Positions 19,644 through 27,657 of a DNA stretch of 64,000 nt are shown here, piece after piece. Positions within the stretch are counted from its first letter, which is position 1; each line of letters starts with the position of its first letter. Below the pieces are notes generated by a model. The model ran no database searches, was not told the DNA's origin, and saw only the letters and a program-made list of their open reading frames with translations. Source of the DNA: Deltaproteobacteria bacterium (GTDB taxonomy: Bacteria; Myxococcota_A; Polyangia; Fen-1088); NCBI GenBank assembly GCA_033763315.1, contig JANRKS010000002.1:32001-96000 (forward strand). The letters are read 5' to 3'. Made by a program: the position numbers and the translations under genes.

Positions 19644-20422
19644 AACGCTCGCTGTGCCTGTTGTGCCTGGCGCTCGGCGCCTGTGGGCCCACAATGGATC
19701 TTGGCCGCGATCCAGACATCATATGGTGGTCGAACTTCGAGTCGGGCACCACGTCTGATCTCACCACGCCGCCCTCGACCATGGGTTTTGCCGATACCTA
19801 TGGTGGGGCGTCGTTGGCGATCGAAAGCGGAGGGCACTTGGGTTCGCTTGGGGCCAGGTTGCGCTTGCCGGCCGCGGTGGATTGTTGTGTGGGCGCACGC
19901 CTGGTCCGGCAAGACACGATGCCAATGCAAGGTTTCTACAGCGCCTGGCTGCGTATCCCCGCAAATGTGACGCCGCCTGCAGGCTACTGGGCAATCATGA
20001 AGCTCACCGATGTGGGGACTGTGGGGCGTGACGACCTGCAGATGTTCGATGTGTTCGCGGTCCGACGCAGTGGCGGCGTGGCGCTGTCGCTTTATGTGCA
20101 CCCGCTTGGCGGTAGGCCAGGGCTCACCGTCATGCCGCTGCAAACTGTGGCGGTGATGGCGGACCAGTGGACGCATGTGGAGCTGTTCCTAAACCAAGCA
20201 ACCGACCAAACGGGGCTCGTTCGCCTCTGGCAAGACGGTACCTTGCTGTTCGAGGTTAAGGGCCCCACATCATTTCCCACCGCACAAGTGCGCCGGTTTT
20301 CGCTCACCAGCGTGTCGGAGAACAACCCGCCGCTCGAGATCTTCGTCGACGATATGGCAATCAGCTTGCGACGGTTGGGCCCTGAGACATCTTTGCGAAC
20401 GGACTTTTCGCCTCGACGTTAG
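19640..20422 (+). CDS. Lipoprotein with polysaccharide-lyase-like jelly-roll domain
   Basis: Lipobox LGA-C; WWSNFESG, YSAWLRIP, QWTHVE.....DQTG.VRLWQDG, IFVDDMAIS; GTGA overlap with the upstream gene. Confidence 0.6.
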   Translation: MKRSLCLLCLALGACGPTMDLGRDPDIIWWSNFESGTTSDLTTPPSTMGFADTYGGASLAIESGGHLGSLGARLRLPAAVDCCVGARLVRQDTMPMQGFYSAWLRIPANVTPPAGYWAIMKLTDVGTVGRDDLQMFDVFAVRRSGGVALSLYVHPLGGRPGLTVMPLQTVAVMADQWTHVELFLNQATDQTGLVRLWQDGTLLFEVKGPTSFPTAQVRRFSLTSVSENNPPLEIFVDDMAISLRRLGPETSLRTDFSPRR

Positions 20423-20447
20423 ACGCGATGGCAACCACGCGCATCCC

Positions 20448-21170
20448 TCACGGTTGCCCGTAGTTGCACTCTTTCGCTTTGATCTCGCTCAAGGCGTTGC
20501 CGCGGCCGATAAGAAACAGAAAGAAGCCCAAAGTGCCGCTGTTCTTCAAAAGGGTGGCCATGCCGGTGCGTTCCACACAGCCAAGATCGTCCCAGTTGTC
20601 GCCTTGCTGCAACCATAGGCCACACTTGTTGTCGGGGCGGCAACAGTCGGCGCTTTGGATGAAGGGAATCACTGTTTCACCGCACGCGGTGGTGGCTTTT
20701 CCCATCGGTTCAATCCCGCGCTCGATGCACTTGCCCCCTGTGACGTCCGGATTCGAAAGGCCGCATCGGCCGGCGTCGGTGCAACAATGCCGGGCAGCAT
20801 ATTGAGTTTCTTCGTTAACGGTTGGCCTGCAGTGCACAGTCCCGTTGCTGCACGTGGGGCCGGGGTATGGATGCTCGAACGCACAGCCGCATTGTGTGTA
20901 AACCCCGCTGCTTTCAAGGCAGATCTTCGTGCCCGTCAACGTCATCGCACCCGCAGAGGCACATTCACAGGCGACTGTTTGGCCGGGCGTGCACACACCT
21001 GGCGCGTGCTCCTGGGCGTCGTCTGTTGCGCCTGCGTCCTTTGTCGTCGTAACGCCAACATCGCTTGCGCCACTCTGCGCGTCCACGTCGCGCGTGGCCT
21101 CGGTTTCCGCCGGCACGTCACCGCCGCCACAAGCCGCCAATGAAAGCAAAAGCAACAAGAACGTTTTCAT
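20448..21170 (-). CDS. Cys-rich lipoprotein with internal duplicated CC-x4-CG motif
   Basis: Lipobox LAA-C; 19 Cys in total; ATGA overlap with the DUF1552 copy 3 stop. Confidence 0.7.
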   Translation of the reverse strand: MKTFLLLLLSLAACGGGDVPAETEATRDVDAQSGASDVGVTTTKDAGATDDAQEHAPGVCTPGQTVACECASAGAMTLTGTKICLESSGVYTQCGCAFEHPYPGPTCSNGTVHCRPTVNEETQYAARHCCTDAGRCGLSNPDVTGGKCIERGIEPMGKATTACGETVIPFIQSADCCRPDNKCGLWLQQGDNWDDLGCVERTGMATLLKNSGTLGFFLFLIGRGNALSEIKAKECNYGQP

Positions 21171-22507
21171 GCGCGCACCTCTTGCAACGCACCCACGGAA
21201 TCAGGTTCAGTGAATTCGCCAACGCTTGCACCGTTGTTGATGCCCATGGCTTGCACGATCGACGTTAACAGCCGCGTGTGTCGTGGCGCATTCGCCAGAT
21301 GCACCCAACGCTCAAGCGCCAGGTGCCCGCCGCCTCCGCCTGCGATGAAGAAGGGCATGGGCCCATTCTTATGGTTGCCCACCGCCATCTCCGAGCTGCA
21401 TACCACCAGCGTTTCGTCCAACAGGGTGCGACCATCGCCCAACGCAACGGCGTCTAAGCTTTGCAACAGCTTGGCGATCCGGGCCATGAAGAAGTCGTTT
21501 ATGCGAATGCGTTCCGCAACGGGTCGCTCGTGCATCACCGTGTGAAGCACATAGTTTTCATTGACGCCTGGGAGCCGCAATTGGCCTTCGGTGTTTGACA
21601 AGCGCAAGGTGGCCACGCGTGTAACACCGCACTGAAGCGACAGCGTCAAGAGACTGGTTTGCAGATCGCACACAAGTGGGAAGTTGGCGTCCTGCAACGC
21701 CGCCGCACGAGTCAACGACGAACGCATCGGCGGTGTGCATTGCACTTGCGCCAACGAGTCCAGGCTCTTCTCTAACGTCTGCACACCTGCCAGATGTTGA
21801 TCGAGCTTCGGGCGATCGCTCGCACCCACCTCTTGACGCACGGTCGCGATTTGGCCTTTGAGGAAGTCGAGCACACTGCCGCGACGCCGCCGCAGTCGTG
21901 CGATCGCCGCGGCATCTTGGCCTGGCAACTTACCAAACACCTGATCAAAAACGGCGGCCGGGTGATCTTCAGAGGGTATCGGCTGATTGGGCCCCGCATA
22001 GTGCAGGTGGCCGGGGTTGTTCGACGTCACACTCGTTTGCACGCCGAAATGCAACGAGCGAAAAGGCGTTTGCTGGCCGATGGCGCGGCCCACGATCTCA
22101 TCCACCGACGCCAACGACGAAAGGTTCTTCCCGGCGGCGGGGCGCGACCCGGTCCACAACGTAAGGGGGCCTTGGTTGTGGGCATCAAGCTCGGCGCTGA
22201 TGCCGCTTTTGAGGCCGCCAATGATCAGCAGTTTCTTGCGAAACGGCTCAAGCGGCCTTAATCGTTCGTTCAGTTTGAACTGACGTTCATCGCCTGTGGG
22301 GTGCCAGCCCTCTTCCAGACCATCCGGCCAGGTCAGCAGCACAAGGTTGCGTGGTGGCAAACCCGCGGCTTGGGCGGACTTTGTGCGGCTTAACAGGTGA
22401 GGCGCCGTCAAGGCGGTGGCGAATAGGCCGTGTATCAGCGGCCGCCGTGAAAATCTTCGCGGCACCATACGGTGTGCGGAATCAAGGTTGGTTTGAGCAC
22501 GTTGCAT
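21167..22507 (-). CDS. DUF1552 Tat-exported protein, copy 3
   Basis: GGAGG RBS; SRRPLI; SVDEIVG, RRGSVLDFL, KLDQHL, CGVTRVATL, HTVMH, TLLDET, GNH. Confidence 0.9.
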   Translation of the reverse strand: MQRAQTNLDSAHRMVPRRFSRRPLIHGLFATALTAPHLLSRTKSAQAAGLPPRNLVLLTWPDGLEEGWHPTGDERQFKLNERLRPLEPFRKKLLIIGGLKSGISAELDAHNQGPLTLWTGSRPAAGKNLSSLASVDEIVGRAIGQQTPFRSLHFGVQTSVTSNNPGHLHYAGPNQPIPSEDHPAAVFDQVFGKLPGQDAAAIARLRRRRGSVLDFLKGQIATVRQEVGASDRPKLDQHLAGVQTLEKSLDSLAQVQCTPPMRSSLTRAAALQDANFPLVCDLQTSLLTLSLQCGVTRVATLRLSNTEGQLRLPGVNENYVLHTVMHERPVAERIRINDFFMARIAKLLQSLDAVALGDGRTLLDETLVVCSSEMAVGNHKNGPMPFFIAGGGGGHLALERWVHLANAPRHTRLLTSIVQAMGINNGASVGEFTEPDSVGALQEVRA

Positions 22508-22511
22508 AGGT

Positions 22512-24182
22512 CTACTTCCCTCCCTTAGAGCTGCTGGCTGGCCGAAACCGGAATGCGTCGCTTGTCGCCAGCGCTATGACCAGCTCGCGCATATCGAATC
22601 CGGACGTTTCAAATTCGCGCGTCAGCTCCGCCAGTCCACATGCGTCCTCGTCGGTCTCGGACCTGCCCAGCGCGAAACGCAGAAGTTGCAAAGGCACGCA
22701 CGCGTGCAACTCATCGGAGGCCAGAAGTTTTTGGCTCAACTCGACGGCGCCATCAAACGGCCCGTCTACGGCTGGGTTTCCGATGTTGAGGATACCTTTG
22801 GCGTCAACGGCCTTGCCCTCGTCAGTCGCGCGGTAGCTGCCAATGGCGTCATAGTTCTCGAAACCGAAACCGAGGGGGTCGATCTGCAAGTGGCACACAG
22901 CGCAGGCGGGGGTGCTCGTGTGAACGGCGAAGCGTTCGCGGTTGGTTTGGTTTGGTTTAGGTTCAGGCAGTGGCGGAATTTCGATGTTCGGCAAGGCAAT
23001 GCTTTGGCAAAGCAGATTCTTGAAAACAAACACGCCACGCTTTACGGGTGAGGTTTGCTGTGGGCCTGCATGTGTGGCCAAGAAGCCCGGCAGCGTTAAC
23101 GCGCCGGCGCGCTGTTTGGGATCGAGCGCTGTGGGCTTTGTGGGATCCAGAGTTGGCGATGATGCCAATCCATAGATGGGAAGCAGAGGCTGACTTACGA
23201 ACGAATACGGGGCGGTCAACAACGATTGCAAGGTTCCATGGCGCAGCCCATAGTCAAAAAACAGCGCGGCCTCATCCTGCATCGCCTTTCGAGCCGCTTC
23301 GCTGAACCATAGAAATTGCCGCGGATCCTTCGTCAAGCGCTCGATCGAGCTTAGATCAAACCAGTGCAAGCCAAACTGCCTGGTGAAGTTCTGGGCCCTA
23401 TCGTCGCTTAGCAGCCGTTCAGCCTGGGCGCGCACGCCGTCAGCTGTTTGCAGTGATCCATCACGTGCAGCGGCCCGCAGTGGATCGTCGGGCGGTCCGT
23501 TCCAAAGAAAGTAGGAGAGGCGAGACGCCATTTCATGGGGCGACAGAGGTATGGTCGCCTTCTGCTGTGAAGCGAGAGATTTGTTCTCGATGAGATAAAG
23601 GAAACGCGGCGATTGCAAAACGGCTTCGATAACCAACTGAACGCCATCCTTGATGGACGATCGCGCGCGTTCGCCACTGTAGAGCGTCAGAAGTTGGTTG
23701 GTCTCAGCGTCAGGCACGGGCAGGCGAAAAGCGCGCTCAGCGAACCGGCGGATGAACGCTTCGGCGCAAGCGTCGGAGGGCGCGCAGCCCAAGAGTGCGT
23801 CCAAGTTTGATGTGGCTTGCACGGCCAGGGCTTCCGCGGCCTCCATGAAGCGACGCACGTGAACGTCCGACACCGGCTGCGTGGCGTTGGCGGGGAATGG
23901 CCCTACGCGTTCATCGTCTGGCAAGCCGTCGCTCTCTGTCCCGGGCAATGACAGTAAGTCCCCGATGCTGCGCGCGTATTGGCTGCGCGTCAGGCGGCGC
24001 AGCGGCGTATCCGCAAAGGCTGTGGTCCGGCTTGCGCACTCTTGGGTGGTGGGCGCGGGCGATCCCACGGTGCCCCCCTCACCGCCTCGTCCATTCCCAC
24101 CCGAACCGTCGCTCGGGTTCTCTGCCCCCGTGCAAGCGCTGGCCACCCAAACCGCGATGATTACGTTGTTGATCCTGCGCAT
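22512..24182 (-). CDS. DUF1592/DUF1588 haem-c lipoprotein, copy 3
   Basis: ATG 24182 gives lipobox ASA-C; LRRLTRSQY, LQSPRFLY, EMASRLSYFLW.GPPD, TSPVKRG, CAVCH, DPLGFGFENYD. Confidence 0.92.
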   Translation of the reverse strand: MRRINNVIIAVWVASACTGAENPSDGSGGNGRGGEGGTVGSPAPTTQECASRTTAFADTPLRRLTRSQYARSIGDLLSLPGTESDGLPDDERVGPFPANATQPVSDVHVRRFMEAAEALAVQATSNLDALLGCAPSDACAEAFIRRFAERAFRLPVPDAETNQLLTLYSGERARSSIKDGVQLVIEAVLQSPRFLYLIENKSLASQQKATIPLSPHEMASRLSYFLWNGPPDDPLRAAARDGSLQTADGVRAQAERLLSDDRAQNFTRQFGLHWFDLSSIERLTKDPRQFLWFSEAARKAMQDEAALFFDYGLRHGTLQSLLTAPYSFVSQPLLPIYGLASSPTLDPTKPTALDPKQRAGALTLPGFLATHAGPQQTSPVKRGVFVFKNLLCQSIALPNIEIPPLPEPKPNQTNRERFAVHTSTPACAVCHLQIDPLGFGFENYDAIGSYRATDEGKAVDAKGILNIGNPAVDGPFDGAVELSQKLLASDELHACVPLQLLRFALGRSETDEDACGLAELTREFETSGFDMRELVIALATSDAFRFRPASSSKGGK

Positions 24183-24358
24183 CCTGCGATGACGTTCAGC
24201 AATGAGCGTGCCGGGCAGCGGACGCGGCAGGTGACGCGTCAAGCGCGGTTAGGACCACTGAAGGTGTGATCCGTCAATGCGCAGCCATGACCGTTGAGTG
24301 AACTGCGAGATCACACTCTGTCGCTTTTGTGAATGACGGCCGCCAGCGGCCCTGATCC

Positions 24359-27300
24359 TCAAGCGCCCCGCGATGGCTCTCGCTTCGAAGACGACGCCAA
24401 CAGATTTTGTAGGGTGGTCACAAGAGCGGTGATATCCACCGGCTTTGACATGTGTTCGGCGAACCCTGCGTTCAAAGCGCGTGTCCGGTCGCTTTGCTGC
24501 GCGTATCCTGTGAGCGCGATCAGTTTGGGGGTTTGATTGCCAAGGCGAGCCTGCAGGCTTTCAGCCAGCTCGTACCCATCGATCTCGGGCAAACCGATAT
24601 CCAATATGGCTGCGTGGATCGGCGCGCCTGTGGCGAGCGTTAGTGCCTGCTTTGCGTCGCGAGCCACGAGGCAATCGTAACCAAGATCGCCCAAGAAGGC
24701 GCTCAGCGTTTGGGCGCTGTCTTCGTTGTCATCAACAATCAGGAGCCGCTGTCCTCGCGCGTCGCGGGCCAGGCGTTCGGTGGGGCCAGGCAGCCTTTGC
24801 CCCGCCGCTCGTGATGCCATCAACGGCAATCGGATCGTGACCGTGGTGCCTTGGTCTCGCCCGCCGCTTTCGATGGTGATGTGGCCATGATGGCTTTGGA
24901 CGAGGCTGCGTGCGATCGCTAGGCCGAGCCCTAGACCCCCGCTGCGACGGTCGGACCCCTGCTTCCCTTGCGAAAACAAATCAAACACGCGGGGCAGAAG
25001 TTCCGCGTCTATGCCCTCTCCCTCGTCGCGCACGCTGATCACCGCCTTACCTGCCTCTTCGAAGCTGGCAAGGTACACACCGCGGCCCTCAGGCGTAAAC
25101 TTCGCCGCATTCACAAGCAGGTTGGTGACGACTTGAACCAAGCGTTCGGCGTCGCCATCAACGACAAGGGCGGGGCGGGTATCAACGGAGAGGCGAAGAC
25201 GTTTGTCATCGAATAGCTTGGCCGTGCTTTCAGTGGCTTGCTTGATCACATTGGCGACGTCGATCGCCGAGAACTTCAGTGTGAGTTTGCCGGACGTGAT
25301 GCGCGAGATATCCAGCAAATCATCCACCAGCCGCACCAGATGGCGCGATTGCCGTTCAAGGATGTCGAGCTCACGGTTGCTCACGCTTCCGCGTTGGCGA
25401 ATCAATGACGTTGCCGTCAAGATAGGCGCGAGCGGATTGCGCAACTCGTGTCCGAGCATGGCCAAGAACTCGTCCTTCTTCCGCGTGGCAAGAGTCTCTG
25501 CTTCTAAAACGCGGCGGATGGCCTCGCGCTCACCCTCTGCCAGGCGAGCGCGGTGGATCGCTTGCCCCCACAGGTTCGCTACGGCGGTGAGATAGGCGCG
25601 TTCATCGTCATGAAAGATTCGTGGGCTTGGGAAAATCACGCCCATCGCGCCTACACAGGCTTCGCCGGCGATGAGCGGGATGGCGGCGCGGCCCCCCAAC
25701 TGCAACAGTGGCAGGTACCCTTTGATGCTCGGAAATCGTTCTAAGAACTCTGCTTGATCATGCAGCCAGACGGCCTCGCCGGTGCGGGCCGCCTGCGACA
25801 GAGGGGTATCGGCTTGCAAGGGCAACACCGGCCAGTTGCGTGCCGCGGCGTTCAGCCCTTCCGTGGCGGCCAACACTTCAAGTCGGTCGTCGTTGCGCGT
25901 GTAAAGCGACCAGCCGTAGGCCCCCACGGGCGACGGAGGCTGCGCCGCCTCGAACGCGCGCGCGATGGCAGCCACGTCATAGGCCCGAACCAACTGCATG
26001 GCAGTGGCCTGTAGGTGTTCGGCACGTTGTAAAAAGATGTCTTTGGTTGCGTTGGCCACGCGCAACTCGTGAACGACCAGTGCGCTTTCAATGGCGTAAC
26101 TTGCCCGACGTGAAAGTTCCTCGGCAACGCCAAGATCAGTTGGTCCGAAGTGCCGTTTGCTCTCGGCGGACGCGAAGCTGAGGGCACCCACGGTTTCGCC
26201 CTTGGCGACAATCGGTACAACCATGCGCGACTGGAGCGCCAAACTTTGAACGAGGTTTAGAAGGTCTGGCTGTTGGCCTAAGCGCGCGAGCGCTTCGCTA
26301 TCGTCCATGACTTCCACGAGCTCAGGTTTGCCTGTGCGTATCACAGCCCCAACGCCGTGAAGGTCGTGTAACGTTGGCGAAAGGCGAAGCCACAGGCGCT
26401 CAGCCAACTCACGTTTTGCGGGATCGCTGTGAGCGACGGCCACCCGCCTCAAGTTGCCGTCTGGTGACACGAGATCGACTGCTGCCCAATCCGCGATACG
26501 CGGCAACGCCAGCGTCACGATGCGTCCCAGCGTTTCGTCGAGATCAAGCGAGGTGCTGAACAGGCGTGATGCCTCATCCAGGAACGCTTGCGCCTCTTCA
26601 GCGCGCTTGCGATCCTCGATGTCACGGAAGATGGTCAGGTGCACTCCCGGGGATACATTCGCCACGGCGCCGAACTCCACGCGCCGGGTGGTGCCATCGG
26701 GCATGACCAACGCGGTTTCGTCCCTGAAGGTGCCGCTCGCAAGGAAGCGCTCCACGTTTTCATGGGAGCGGTCGCGATCTAAAGGCGACAAAAGTTCCAG
26801 GCCCGCCTTGCCGAGAATCTCTTCGCGGCTTCTTTGCAGAATTCGGCATGCCGCTGGGTTGACGTCCAGCACTCGCATGCTGTCGTCAAGCAAAGCGATG
26901 CCATCAAGGGCGTTTTCGTAAACAGCGCGAAAGCGGTGCTCTAGGTCGCGACCGCGATGCTCCAGAGCCTCATATTCTTGCTCAAGCTGGGCGCGATCAC
27001 GCACCAGCAGGATGAACACCGGGCCAGAGCTGGTGGGCGCGTGACCAAAGGTCCAAACTGTGGCGATTTCGTGGCCATCGCGATGCCGCCCGGGAAGCTC
27101 CACTGTTGTGAGATCCGGGGTGGCCACCTGAGGTGGCGCATCGGGTTGATGATAGCGTTGGGGTAATAGTACGTCGGTCTGCACACCATCGAGGGCGTGT
27201 CGGTCGTAGCCAAAGAAAGCCTCTGCGGCCGCGTTTGCCGTTAACACCTTTCGCAACGGTGTGAATGCAAGCAGAGGGGCCTCGCTCGCCCGTAACGTCT

Positions 27301-27523
27301 CAGCCAACAGACTGGGATCGTCAGACACAGCCGCGATGATTTCACGGAGGAGTTGATCGGCTGCCCGGTGCTTTCGGGATCCATAAACCGCGGTCACGAC
27401 GCAACAACAATACACCAAGCGCGGCGCCAAACGCCTGGTTTGCTTGCTTACACGGTGAGATGATTGCGCAAGGGCCAGGCGTGAGTGGAAAAGGTAACGG
27501 CAAGCACGCTTGCACGCCCGCAC
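24359..27523 (-). CDS. Cytoplasmic hybrid sensor kinase PAS-PAS-GAF-GAF-HisKA-HATPase-REC (true start probably downstream, near 27330)
   Basis: PAS (NAAAEAFFGY, VNPAACRIL), GAF (DWAAVDL...VPIVAKGETVGALSF), H-box FLAMLGHELRNPL, N/G boxes, receiver IVDDNED...LDIGLP...KP. Confidence 0.92.
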   Translation of the reverse strand: MRACKRACRYLFHSRLALAQSSHRVSKQTRRLAPRLVYCCCVVTAVYGSRKHRAADQLLREIIAAVSDDPSLLAETLRASEAPLLAFTPLRKVLTANAAAEAFFGYDRHALDGVQTDVLLPQRYHQPDAPPQVATPDLTTVELPGRHRDGHEIATVWTFGHAPTSSGPVFILLVRDRAQLEQEYEALEHRGRDLEHRFRAVYENALDGIALLDDSMRVLDVNPAACRILQRSREEILGKAGLELLSPLDRDRSHENVERFLASGTFRDETALVMPDGTTRRVEFGAVANVSPGVHLTIFRDIEDRKRAEEAQAFLDEASRLFSTSLDLDETLGRIVTLALPRIADWAAVDLVSPDGNLRRVAVAHSDPAKRELAERLWLRLSPTLHDLHGVGAVIRTGKPELVEVMDDSEALARLGQQPDLLNLVQSLALQSRMVVPIVAKGETVGALSFASAESKRHFGPTDLGVAEELSRRASYAIESALVVHELRVANATKDIFLQRAEHLQATAMQLVRAYDVAAIARAFEAAQPPSPVGAYGWSLYTRNDDRLEVLAATEGLNAAARNWPVLPLQADTPLSQAARTGEAVWLHDQAEFLERFPSIKGYLPLLQLGGRAAIPLIAGEACVGAMGVIFPSPRIFHDDERAYLTAVANLWGQAIHRARLAEGEREAIRRVLEAETLATRKKDEFLAMLGHELRNPLAPILTATSLIRQRGSVSNRELDILERQSRHLVRLVDDLLDISRITSGKLTLKFSAIDVANVIKQATESTAKLFDDKRLRLSVDTRPALVVDGDAERLVQVVTNLLVNAAKFTPEGRGVYLASFEEAGKAVISVRDEGEGIDAELLPRVFDLFSQGKQGSDRRSGGLGLGLAIARSLVQSHHGHITIESGGRDQGTTVTIRLPLMASRAAGQRLPGPTERLARDARGQRLLIVDDNEDSAQTLSAFLGDLGYDCLVARDAKQALTLATGAPIHAAILDIGLPEIDGYELAESLQARLGNQTPKLIALTGYAQQSDRTRALNAGFAEHMSKPVDITALVTTLQNLLASSSKREPSRGA

Positions 27524-27657
27524 CCGTGCTCCCGCGGCCTAAGACAAGTGCGAAGGCCGCGCTTCAATACCTGCGCTTCAACGCACGTCGGATGAACGTG
27601 GAACCCGATCGCATCTTGTTTTGGGCACGGCGCAAGCCATGCGACAATGAAGGCCAC

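Noticed and set aside
24264-24316. GTGTGATC...GATCACAC inverted repeat / CRP-like half sites upstream of module 3
   Set aside because: The spacing fits neither a CRP site nor a terminator; 8-bp arms 37 bp apart could be chance.
27624-27638. sigma54-like GGGCACG-N4-AAGC upstream of the propeller kinase
   Set aside because: The -12 element lacks TT and lies very close to the start codon; too weak to call.
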